In this document: one piece after another, positions 50,403-58,939 of the stretch | How the letters are laid out: the number at the start of each line of letters is the position of its first letter | Position numbering within the stretch: the first letter of the stretch is position 1 | Source: an uncultured Gammaproteobacteria bacterium | GTDB lineage: Bacteria; Patescibacteriota; Microgenomatia; UBA10105; UBA927 | Assembly: GCA_964527425.1 (NCBI GenBank) | Contig: CAZGOA010000001.1 | Location: 98,435-162,434, forward strand | Length of the DNA: 64,000 nucleotides | Direction: 5' to 3' | Position numbers and translations under genes: made by a program | Notes under the pieces: generated by a model | The model's database searches: none | Told to the model about the DNA's origin: nothing | Seen by the model: only the letters and a program-made list of their open reading frames with translations

Positions 50403-50896
50403 TCCGTTTGAACTTTCCCTACATCCATGAACCAGGAAACATTGCGGGCTGCCATTGTCTGACCCCACACTGTTACCTTTTGTCCAATAAATTCGTCTAA
50501 ATCAACAACTGATGAAGTCATATACATAGTTTGAGAAGGTCCACCTTCTCGAATAAGCTTATGTGTTCCCTCTCCATCAAAACCCCCAGCTTCTACTATT
50601 CCCGTAGCTGAATCTGAAAATGTTTCACTATCTGAAATACCTACAGTCTTTTTACCATCTGCTGTTTCAGTTACGGAAACACCTGTGTTTGTTTGAGCGG
50701 TAGCGCCATTTCGAGACAGTACATATCCAGTAATCACACCAAACACAACAAGAACAATAAATATTCCATATACAACCGGCTTAATTTCTTTTTCCTCTTC
50801 TTTTTCTTCATCTAAAGAACGAACTGGGTCTAGCTCACTATCTGACAGTTGCGCAGTATTCTCAGGAGGCTGTTTAGTTACGTTTTTGGGTACCAT
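50399..50896 (-). CDS. Single-pass membrane hypothetical protein
   Basis: Acidic cytoplasmic N-terminus, one TM, small beta-rich outer domain; ATGA overlap with ftsE. Confidence 0.75.
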   Translation of the reverse strand: MVPKNVTKQPPENTAQLSDSELDPVRSLDEEKEEEKEIKPVVYGIFIVLVVFGVITGYVLSRNGATAQTNTGVSVTETADGKKTVGISDSETFSDSATGIVEAGGFDGEGTHKLIREGGPSQTMYMTSSVVDLDEFIGQKVTVWGQTMAARNVSWFMDVGKVQTE

Positions 50897-50913
50897 ATAC
50901 CCATTATGCGTAA

Positions 50914-51924
50914 CTATGACATCAGTTTCAAGTATGCCAAGATGAAATCTTCAATATTGCCATCTAGGACGCGATCTGAGTTACTTGTTTCATGCTCCGT
51001 CCGCGTATCTTTTACTAAATGATAAGGATGAAGTACGTATGAACGAATCTGGTTTCCCCATCCTGGAGTTTTATACTCACCCCGCATGTGTTTTTCTTGT
51101 TTTAATCGTTCTTGTTCTGCAATTTCCCATAATTTTGCTCTCAGCAGCTTTAATGCAGATTCTCTGTTTTGTCCTTGCTGTCTTTCTGCCTGGCTCGTTA
51201 CAACTAAGCCACTTGGTTTATGTCTAAGACGCACGGCTGTAGACACTTTGTTGACGTTTTGTCCGCCTTTTCCACCACTTCTATAGAACTCCCATTCTAA
51301 TTCATCTTCTTTAATACTAACGCCTGCATTATCATCAACTACCGGTAACACTTCCACCATAGAAAATGATGTCTGCCGTAAATTATCTGCATTAAATGGA
51401 GATTGTCTTACTAATCTATGAACCCCCGCTTCTGCTTTTAAAAATCCATAGGCATATTCTCCAGTGACTGTAATTGTGACACTTTTAATGCCTGCCTCTT
51501 CACCTGGTGTGTAATCTATTTCTTCTTGTGTCCATCCTTTTTGCTCGATGTATCTAGAATACATTCTAAATAACATAGAAGTCCAATCCATCGCTTCTGT
51601 CCCACCTTGTCCAGCATGAAGGGCTAATATTGCATCTCCACTATCGTATGGTCCAGATAAATACAAGGCAAATTCCATTCTCTCTAACTCTTTTATTACC
51701 TCGTCTTCATTTCCTTCTTCTATCATAAGTTGCAGCATTTCAGCTTCTTCTATTTGTTTTTGAAGATTTGCAATTCTTTTCATTACTTTTGCAGCCTGTT
51801 CATGTGCTTGCCAGAACTCTGGTTTACTACTTTCAATTTCTAAATCTTGAACCGTACGACGCTTTCCTTCTGGATCAAGCTTATGTAATACTGCAAGAGC
51901 TCTTGTTTTAATTTCCTCAGTCAT
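50914..51924 (-). CDS. prfB: Peptide chain release factor 2
   Basis: GGTEA.DW, GVHRLVRQSPF (SPF), GGQ, WGNQIRSYV. Start moved to ATG 51924. Confidence 0.97.
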   Translation of the reverse strand: MTEEIKTRALAVLHKLDPEGKRRTVQDLEIESSKPEFWQAHEQAAKVMKRIANLQKQIEEAEMLQLMIEEGNEDEVIKELERMEFALYLSGPYDSGDAILALHAGQGGTEAMDWTSMLFRMYSRYIEQKGWTQEEIDYTPGEEAGIKSVTITVTGEYAYGFLKAEAGVHRLVRQSPFNADNLRQTSFSMVEVLPVVDDNAGVSIKEDELEWEFYRSGGKGGQNVNKVSTAVRLRHKPSGLVVTSQAERQQGQNRESALKLLRAKLWEIAEQERLKQEKHMRGEYKTPGWGNQIRSYVLHPYHLVKDTRTEHETSNSDRVLDGNIEDFILAYLKLMS

Positions 51925-52016
51925 GGGATAATTGTAGCATAGGATCAATCTTTCTGACTGACCCATTTACGCAGATATTCATTTAGGAATACTATGATAG
52001 AAGAAGACCCATATTT

Positions 52017-53228
52017 ATGTTGTATTTATCAGAACTGCTCGGTAAAAAAGTCCGTGTGTTGGATAGTAAACTTGTTGGTACATTAACCGACCTTATTTTT
52101 GTATCTTCTGAAGTCCCCTATATCACCAAAATCCAAGTAAAATTCTCAAAAAAAGGTACAGCTCTCTATCCGATTAGTGCCTGGAAACGAATAAATGGAA
52201 CAATAGAAATAGAAAAAACTGAAGATGTTCCTTTGGGAGAAAACGAAGTATTTATGGGGATGAATTTGCTTGATCAACAAATTATTGATATTAAAGGTAA
52301 TAACATCGTTCGAGTCAATGATGTACTTATTCAGGAAAAGCCGACATTTGTTATTTCTGGAATTGATATTGGATGGACTGGAATATTACGATGGTTTGGG
52401 CTTGAAGATAGGCTATCGAGCATCATAAAAAAACCCCTCCCTCACAAGCTTCTCCCCTGGGCAGAAATCCAACCACTTGAACTAGCCAGAGGAAAAGTTG
52501 TTCTTAACAGAGAAGAGAATAAATTAAAATCAATCGCACCAGAAGATCTTGCAGATTACCTTGAAAAAACAACTATTCATAATGCTATTAAAATACTTTC
52601 ATTGGTTAACCAAGAAACAGCAACTGAAGTTATTCAAAATTTGAATATTAACTATCAGACACAAATTTTTCGACAAATGACACCTGAATCTGCTGCACAA
52701 ATTGTAACCTATGCAGATCCTGATGAGGCGACAGATCTGTTACTGACTGCATCTGAGGAAAAAAGAGAACATATACTTACATTATTAAATCCTGAAAAAA
52801 AGAAAGAATTAACATTTTTATTATCTCATGCAGAAAGTGCCATCGGTGAGTTAATGACGACAGAATTTTTAACATTTACACCAGAAGATACAGTTAGGAC
52901 GGTAGTAGACCGGATTAGAAAAGAATCAAGTGGGTACGAAAGCTTTCCATATGGTTATGTGATTAATAAAAAAAATGAATTAATCGGTGTTTTTAGTCTG
53001 CACGAACTATTACTTCAGCCAGAAAATTCTCAGCTTATGAAATTTATGAATCAAAATGTCACTATTATTCATTTAACGACTCCTAAGATACTGGCCATCA
53101 AACGTATGCTTAAATATAAATTACGAGCTGTTCCTGTTATTGACCAACATCGACAAATATTAGGGATAGTAACATTCGATGATGTTATCGAACCGTTACT
53201 AGAACGTTTAACTGAACAAACAGTATGA
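52017..53228 (+). CDS. MgtE N-terminal + CBS-pair protein with PRC-barrel-like N-terminus (no TM domain)
   Basis: LLDQQIID..G..VRVND, PEDLAD.LE, PDEATDLL, GELMTTE, C-terminal CBS pair (GIVTFDDV). Confidence 0.88.
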   Translation: MLYLSELLGKKVRVLDSKLVGTLTDLIFVSSEVPYITKIQVKFSKKGTALYPISAWKRINGTIEIEKTEDVPLGENEVFMGMNLLDQQIIDIKGNNIVRVNDVLIQEKPTFVISGIDIGWTGILRWFGLEDRLSSIIKKPLPHKLLPWAEIQPLELARGKVVLNREENKLKSIAPEDLADYLEKTTIHNAIKILSLVNQETATEVIQNLNINYQTQIFRQMTPESAAQIVTYADPDEATDLLLTASEEKREHILTLLNPEKKKELTFLLSHAESAIGELMTTEFLTFTPEDTVRTVVDRIRKESSGYESFPYGYVINKKNELIGVFSLHELLLQPENSQLMKFMNQNVTIIHLTTPKILAIKRMLKYKLRAVPVIDQHRQILGIVTFDDVIEPLLERLTEQTV

Positions 53229-54484
53229 AACTTAGAACAATAAAACACTCATTCCAAAAAATGAAACTGAATATCATGCTCATGCTTGCTGTACTAGGGC
53301 CTGGGTTAATTACTGCATTTGCAGATAATGATGCGGGTGGTGTGGCAACCTATACCTCTGCTGCTGCAAAATTTGGATACTATTCACTAATTACGCTTAT
53401 TCCAATCACTATTGTTTTGGCTGTTACACAAGAAATTGGTGCCAGAATTGCTATTGTAACGGGTAAAGGTTTAGCAGATTTAATTAGAGAACGTTTTGGA
53501 GTAAAAACTGCAGTATTTGTTTTCATGACGCTTTTCGTAGTTAATTTTGGCGTCATCTTACAAAATATCGGAGGTTTGAGATCTGGACTGGAATTATTTT
53601 CTATTGATTACCGGATATTTCTACCGATAGTTATTCTTTTTCTTTTTTTCATTATTACGAAATCGAATTATAAAAAGTTACAACAATTCTTTTTTGTACT
53701 TATTTTCTTTTATTTAGCATATTTAGTATCGGCTATTCTTGCAAAACCAAATTGGGTACAAGCAACTCGTGCATTAGTAATTCCTGAAAAAATGCCGTCA
53801 TTTGATTTTCTATTCACTTCTATTGCTGTTCTTGGCACGACAGTAACGGCTTGGGGACAGTTTTTTATTAATAGTTATATTAAAGATAAAAAATTAAAGG
53901 TTGATGACTTACGTTTTTCAAGAATTGAAATTATTTCTGGTGCGATTTTTACCAACTTATTTTCCTTTTTTATGATGGTTGCAGTAGCTGCAACAATTTT
54001 TACCTACAATATTCCCATTAACACTGCATCTGATGCAGCTCGTGCTATGGAACCATTGGCAGGAACTTTTGCGTCTTCTTTGTTTGGATTTGGATTATTG
54101 GTGGCAGGATTTTTAGGATGTGCCATTGTTCCTTTGGCAACAGCGTATGCTTTTTCTGAATTTTTTGGATATCAAGGAACATTAAATGATGACTTTAAGA
54201 AAAGCAGATTATTTTATAGTTTTTTTATCATTCAAATAGTATTGGGTGTACTTATTACATTTATCCCATCAATCTCACTTTTTAATATTACCTTGATTGC
54301 AGATTTTATAAACGGAATGATGCTCCCAATAATTTTTTATTACTTATACAAAATTGCAAACAATGAAGAACTCATGGGTCACTATAAAAACTCTACTTTA
54401 CAGAATATTCTTTTAGTCAGTTCTGGCTTTATTATCAGTATTGGTACCGCTCTGGGAGGATTCGGGAAGCTGTTCGGATTGTGA
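53225..54484 (+). CDS. Nramp-related divalent metal (probably Mg2+) transporter
   Basis: GPGLI...DNDAGG, QE..AR...TGKGLADLIRERFG, GTTVTAW; about 11 TM. Confidence 0.88.
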   Translation: MKLRTIKHSFQKMKLNIMLMLAVLGPGLITAFADNDAGGVATYTSAAAKFGYYSLITLIPITIVLAVTQEIGARIAIVTGKGLADLIRERFGVKTAVFVFMTLFVVNFGVILQNIGGLRSGLELFSIDYRIFLPIVILFLFFIITKSNYKKLQQFFFVLIFFYLAYLVSAILAKPNWVQATRALVIPEKMPSFDFLFTSIAVLGTTVTAWGQFFINSYIKDKKLKVDDLRFSRIEIISGAIFTNLFSFFMMVAVAATIFTYNIPINTASDAARAMEPLAGTFASSLFGFGLLVAGFLGCAIVPLATAYAFSEFFGYQGTLNDDFKKSRLFYSFFIIQIVLGVLITFIPSISLFNITLIADFINGMMLPIIFYYLYKIANNEELMGHYKNSTLQNILLVSSGFIISIGTALGGFGKLFGL

Positions 54485-54850
54485 CTTTGAGTTTGTAGAG
54501 AGTGATTGACTTAATGCTTCGAGTATTTTCTGTTGTTGTTCTTCAGGTAGTGAACCAAATTTTGAAATAATAAGTCGTGCAGCATGAGTAACGACAATAT
54601 CTGTTGCATAGTTTTTTATCATTTGAATTCCACTGTCTTTTACATTCTGAGGAGACAACGCCATCACAGACTGTTCATTTGATACTCCTAATACATTTGC
54701 TGCTTGTTGTCCAAATGCGGTAGAACGAACAAATGTATTAACCCCTTCAAGCACCTGCGGTCTTGGTGCAGTAGAAAACCGTGACCACGATAGCGATACC
54801 CCAACTATTGCCAACACTACAACGAAAAACACTAAGAAAAAACGAATCAT
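54413..54850 (-). CDS. Hypothetical membrane-anchored protein
   Basis: N-terminal TM, helical soluble part, VLG motif; 3' end overlaps the convergent transporter gene. Confidence 0.65.
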   Translation of the reverse strand: MIRFFLVFFVVVLAIVGVSLSWSRFSTAPRPQVLEGVNTFVRSTAFGQQAANVLGVSNEQSVMALSPQNVKDSGIQMIKNYATDIVVTHAARLIISKFGSLPEEQQQKILEALSQSLSTNSKSQSEQLPESSQSGTNTDNKARTD

Positions 54851-54862
54851 ACCACTACAATA

Positions 54863-55276
54863 TTACCCTCTATTTTTTCGAATGAATAGTATTATTCCAC
54901 TTATTAAGGTTATTACAATATATGCAAAAATAATTGATAAAATTGACAACACTGTCCACCAAACCTCAAATGTATTAAATGACACCTGTTGTAAAGCATT
55001 TAATAAATGCACAGATAGAAATGATGGAAGTCCCAAAGAAATTAAAAGTAACTGCTCATACGGTTTAAGTAAACTTGCCCATACTAACGGAGAAATGCAT
55101 GCATCACGGGATGGATAAAAACAGAGCATATACAGCAAACTTGAGAGCAATAAACTGCTCACTATTCCCCAAATCATTGCTAATACAGGACGAAGCAACA
55201 CAGTCTTTGGTGCAATATGCTGTTTATGCGCATTAGTTGTCTTTTTTGTATACCTAACTGTTTTGGATTTTTTCAT
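54863..55276 (-). CDS. Hypothetical membrane protein
   Basis: Basic N-terminus, 2-3 TM; strong AAGGGGGG SD upstream. Confidence 0.65.
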   Translation of the reverse strand: MKKSKTVRYTKKTTNAHKQHIAPKTVLLRPVLAMIWGIVSSLLLSSLLYMLCFYPSRDACISPLVWASLLKPYEQLLLISLGLPSFLSVHLLNALQQVSFNTFEVWWTVLSILSIIFAYIVITLISGIILFIRKNRG

Positions 55277-55321
55277 ATACCCCCCTTAATACATAGTACG
55301 ATACTGTGATATAACACTTCC

Positions 55322-55798
55322 ATGGTTATATTAGGTATTGACCCTGGATATGCAACAATAGGGTGGGGTGTTATACAAAAAAAGGGAACGACAATTTCTT
55401 TTTTGCAATGTGGCTCAATACTAACACCAAAAAATCTTATTTTTGGAGAACGGTTACATATGGTATCTAGAGGTCTTGATACTCTTATTATGAAGTATAA
55501 ACCAGACCAAGTTGCAATAGAACAATTATATTTTTCTAAGAATACTAAAACTGCATTGGATGTTGCTCATGCCAGAGGAGTTATACTATTAAGTTGTTAT
55601 CAGCATAATATTCCAGTTGCATCTTACGGTCCCCTTACGGTAAAACAAACAATAGCAGGTCATGGTAAGGCTGATAAAGAACAGGTACAAACTATGGTAA
55701 AAAGGTTGTTGAAATTGTCTGCCGTACCCAAACCTGATGATGTTGCTGATGCAATTGCTATAGCACTCACTCACGCTTACAGAAACGATGCCGTATAG
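55322..55798 (+). CDS. ruvC: Holliday junction resolvase RuvC
   Basis: ILGIDPG, AIE, HARGV, G.G.ADKEQV, DD.ADA.AIAL.H. Confidence 0.96.
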   Translation: MVILGIDPGYATIGWGVIQKKGTTISFLQCGSILTPKNLIFGERLHMVSRGLDTLIMKYKPDQVAIEQLYFSKNTKTALDVAHARGVILLSCYQHNIPVASYGPLTVKQTIAGHGKADKEQVQTMVKRLLKLSAVPKPDDVADAIAIALTHAYRNDAV

Positions 55799-55806
55799 TT
55801 ATACAT

Positions 55807-56379
55807 ATGATCTCTCAACTTAAAGGAATTTTGATTGACAATACAGAATCACAAATTACCATTGATATTCATGGTGTTGGGTATGGTGTATATACAACTG
55901 AGCAGTGGCGCACACAACATCAATTGAACGATGAATGTAATGTATATATTTATACCCATGTGAAAGAAGAAGCATTAGAGTTATTTGGATTTGAATCTAA
56001 GCAAGAAAAAAGATTATTTGAGTTATTACTTTCGGTATCCGGAATAGGACCAAAGACAGCTCTTGCCATACTGAATAAAGGTGTAAGTAATGTTGAGGGG
56101 GCAATTATACAAGCTAATGTATCTTTTTTTGGAGGTATCCCTCGAATTGGCAAAAAAAATGCACAAAAAATAATTATTGAATTAAAAAATAAAATTGGAA
56201 GTGTAAATGAACTTAATCTCAATGAAGAGCCAGGAATGGAACAGGATATTGTTGTAGCACTTTCTCAAATGGGATTTTCACGCCAAGAAATAAAACACGT
56301 ACTACAACAGCATTTTGATGCTACTCAGTCAATCGAGCAAAATATAAAAACAGCATTAAAACAATTATCCAGCTCATAA
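55807..56379 (+). CDS. ruvA: Holliday junction branch migration protein RuvA
   Basis: GVGY, LFGF, VSGIGPKTAL, IGKKNAQKIIIELK. Confidence 0.96.
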   Translation: MISQLKGILIDNTESQITIDIHGVGYGVYTTEQWRTQHQLNDECNVYIYTHVKEEALELFGFESKQEKRLFELLLSVSGIGPKTALAILNKGVSNVEGAIIQANVSFFGGIPRIGKKNAQKIIIELKNKIGSVNELNLNEEPGMEQDIVVALSQMGFSRQEIKHVLQQHFDATQSIEQNIKTALKQLSSS

Positions 56380-56382
56380 TTT

Positions 56383-57387
56383 ATGAACGATCCAGTAATT
56401 ACCACATCTGTTATTCAACCAACTGTTCTTTCAACTGAAGAAGAACCACTCTTTACTAATTTAAGAGCTAAATCCTGGCATGAATTTTTAGGGCAAGAAC
56501 CTATTAAAAAAACGCTGCGCATTTCTATAGATGCAGCAAGAAAACGAGCTGAAGCATTAGAACATGTATTACTGTATGGGCCTCCTGGTCTTGGTAAAAC
56601 CACTATGGCACATATTATAGGAAAGGAATTAGGAGTAAATGTTCGTGTTACATCAGGACCGGCATTAGAACGATCTGGAGACTTGGCCTCTATTCTCTCT
56701 AATTTAGAACATCATGATGTTTTATTCATTGATGAAATTCATAGAATAAATAAAGTAGTTGAGGAATCATTATATTCTGCAATGGAAGACTACTGTCTTG
56801 ATATTATAATTGGAAAAGGGCCTGCTGCGAGAACCGTCCGTTTAGACCTTCCTCATTTTACTGTAATAGGTGCGACAACAAGAATTGGTATGCTCTCTTC
56901 TCCACTTAGAGATCGATTTGGGGTAATAAGCAGAATGGAATTCTATACTGCTTATGAATTAACACACATTATTAAGCAGGCAGCTGACAAACTTCATATT
57001 TCTATTAGTCAGTCTGCAATAAAAGCACTTTCTACTCGAAGCAGAGGAACTCCACGTATCGCTCTTAGATTATTAAAACGTGTAAGAGATGTTGCTGAAG
57101 TAGAGGGAGAAGGAAATATTACCGATGCTATATTGGAGAAAGCGCTTCATTTAATGGATGTTGATCATAAAGGACTGGATTTGTCTGATAGACGATATTT
57201 ATTAACTATTTTACAAAAATTTGATGCAGGACCAGTTGGTATTGAAACACTTGCAGCTTCTTTATCAGAAGATATTGGGACGCTTGAGGATGTTATTGAA
57301 CCATATTTGCTTCAGATTGGGTTTATTAAACGTAGTCCAAGAGGCAGAGTTATTACAGAAACTGGTAAATTACATATTAAAAAATAA
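56383..57387 (+). CDS. ruvB: Holliday junction branch migration helicase RuvB
   Basis: [42 protein letters not shown]. Confidence 0.98.
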   Translation: MNDPVITTSVIQPTVLSTEEEPLFTNLRAKSWHEFLGQEPIKKTLRISIDAARKRAEALEHVLLYGPPGLGKTTMAHIIGKELGVNVRVTSGPALERSGDLASILSNLEHHDVLFIDEIHRINKVVEESLYSAMEDYCLDIIIGKGPAARTVRLDLPHFTVIGATTRIGMLSSPLRDRFGVISRMEFYTAYELTHIIKQAADKLHISISQSAIKALSTRSRGTPRIALRLLKRVRDVAEVEGEGNITDAILEKALHLMDVDHKGLDLSDRRYLLTILQKFDAGPVGIETLAASLSEDIGTLEDVIEPYLLQIGFIKRSPRGRVITETGKLHIKK

Positions 57388-57420
57388 TAAACTCTCAATA
57401 AACTAATATACCAATCCGCA

Positions 57421-57457
57421 ATAAAAAGGAGAGTATTGATATACTCTCCTTCTGTTT
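57421..57457. terminator. Probable bidirectional intrinsic terminator between ruvB and dsbA
   Basis: Perfect 11-bp stem aaggagagtat-tgat-atactctcctt (57426-57451) with A/T tracts, between convergent genes. Confidence 0.8.
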
Positions 57458-57470
57458 AAAATTGATACTT

Positions 57471-58223
57471 TTATCCGTTTAGCAGTGCATCAATTTCTGT
57501 TTTCATTTGTTCAAGTGGATATGCACCAGGAATTAATCTGGTTTTTCCAGTTTTTGTATTTAAAAGAATATTACCCGGTGTACCCGTAACTCCAACTGCA
57601 GTCCCACCAGACATTTGATCTTCGACTTTTTGAGCAAATTTTCCAGAATCGAGACATTCTGTAAAGCTAGCTTCATTGAGTCCAATCTCTTTTGCGAGTG
57701 GTGCTAACTTATCAAGAGCAAAACCTGTTCCTGTAGCTGTCGTTCTTTCAAATATTGTATCTACATATTTCCAAAACGCATCATTTCCACCCAGTGAACC
57801 GGCACATTCTGCAGCTTCTGCTTCTTTTTGGGCGTTAGCATGAAATGACAACGGATAATGTCTAAATACCCACATTAATTTGCCATCGTAGTCTTCCACT
57901 AATTGTTCAGCGGTAGCATGAAATTGCTGACAAAATGGACATTCTAAATCTGAATATCCTATCAGCGCAATTTCTGCATTTCTATCTCCTCTAACCCAAT
58001 CTTCTGCTGTTGGTCTTTCTACGTCATCTGCTGTTTGTGGTGGAACTGGCTGTGGAGCTTGAGCTGTTGGCTGGCCTGCAGATCCTCCTACACCAGTTCT
58101 TAGTACTTCTACTTCTTTTGTTAACCTACCCAAGAAATACGCACCTCCGATTAAAATGATTACCATTGCCAGTTGCAATGGCCCCATGGTTATTTGCAGA
58201 TTTCTTTTTGACATTTTTTCCAT
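57471..58223 (-). CDS. Membrane-anchored DsbA family thiol-disulfide oxidoreductase
   Basis: N-terminal TM, YSDLECPFC, RHYPL, GVTGTP. Confidence 0.92.
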   Translation of the reverse strand: MEKMSKRNLQITMGPLQLAMVIILIGGAYFLGRLTKEVEVLRTGVGGSAGQPTAQAPQPVPPQTADDVERPTAEDWVRGDRNAEIALIGYSDLECPFCQQFHATAEQLVEDYDGKLMWVFRHYPLSFHANAQKEAEAAECAGSLGGNDAFWKYVDTIFERTTATGTGFALDKLAPLAKEIGLNEASFTECLDSGKFAQKVEDQMSGGTAVGVTGTPGNILLNTKTGKTRLIPGAYPLEQMKTEIDALLNG

Positions 58224-58420
58224 GTAATCCCCCTTTTTACTCAGTTTAGTATATAACTCATTCTACCTGATGTAAAAAAAGTAACAAGAATGAATTCTGT
58301 AGTCAAGTTAACTTCACTAAAACGTTGTGCTTGAAACGAACTATCCTGCAATACCACTAACAATACATTACTCATATTCTCATAGCTTAGCTAATTCAAT
58401 AATTCCGATATTACAATTAC

Positions 58421-58457
58421 TTGACATTTTTTAGCAGTCGTTGTATAAGAGTGCTAG
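58421..58457 (+). promoter_or_regulatory. Sigma70 promoter overlapped by a CIRCE (HrcA operator)
   Basis: TTGACA 58421-58426, 17 nt, TATAAG 58444-58449; TTAGCAGTC-N9-GAGTGCTAG at 58431-58457 versus consensus TTAGCACTC-N9-GAGTGCTAA. Confidence 0.9.
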
Positions 58458-58480
58458 ATACTATAAAGGAGGTGAATTCT

Positions 58481-58885
58481 ATGGCGATTGATCTAGTACC
58501 TACATCATTTTGGAGATTTCCTGTATCAAGATCGGTATGGGATGATGAAGATGATATATCCATGATGTCCACTCCGAGTGGAATATCTATTTCAGAAGAT
58601 GAAACACACGTATATGTAGAAGTAGCGCTCCCTGGAGTAGACCCTAAAGACGTTGACATTACATTTGATAAAGGAACACTTTGGGTTAAGGGGGAAGCAA
58701 AGGTAGAAGAAAAAAAGAAAAAATTCTATCGTAAAGCTACAAGTTCATTTTCATATAGAATTGCTGTCCCTGGTGAAATTGATGCTCAGGTAGACCCAGA
58801 AGCATCTGCTAAGCATGGTGTAATGACAATTACGTTTGCGAAATCAAAATCAACCTTGCCAAAAAAGATTTCTATTAAGGCATAA
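58481..58885 (+). CDS. Hsp20/alpha-crystallin small heat-shock protein
   Basis: ED...YVE.ALPGVDP.DVDI, F.YRI..P, A..KHGVMTI. AAGGAGGTGA SD supports ATG 58481. Confidence 0.95.
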   Translation: MAIDLVPTSFWRFPVSRSVWDDEDDISMMSTPSGISISEDETHVYVEVALPGVDPKDVDITFDKGTLWVKGEAKVEEKKKKFYRKATSSFSYRIAVPGEIDAQVDPEASAKHGVMTITFAKSKSTLPKKISIKA

Positions 58886-58902
58886 CAGGGATAAACTGAC
58901 GA

Positions 58903-58936
58903 AAAAGCCCCGTGATTTTCATGGGGCTTTTCTTTT
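58903..58936 (+). terminator. Intrinsic terminator after hsp20
   Basis: aaaagccccgtga-ttt-tcatggggctttt followed by ctttt. Confidence 0.88.
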
Positions 58937-58939
58937 ATA

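Noticed and set aside
58224-58420. Longest intergenic region, examined for tRNA or ncRNA
   Set aside because: No cloverleaf, T-loop motif or stable stem seen; explained by divergent promoters.
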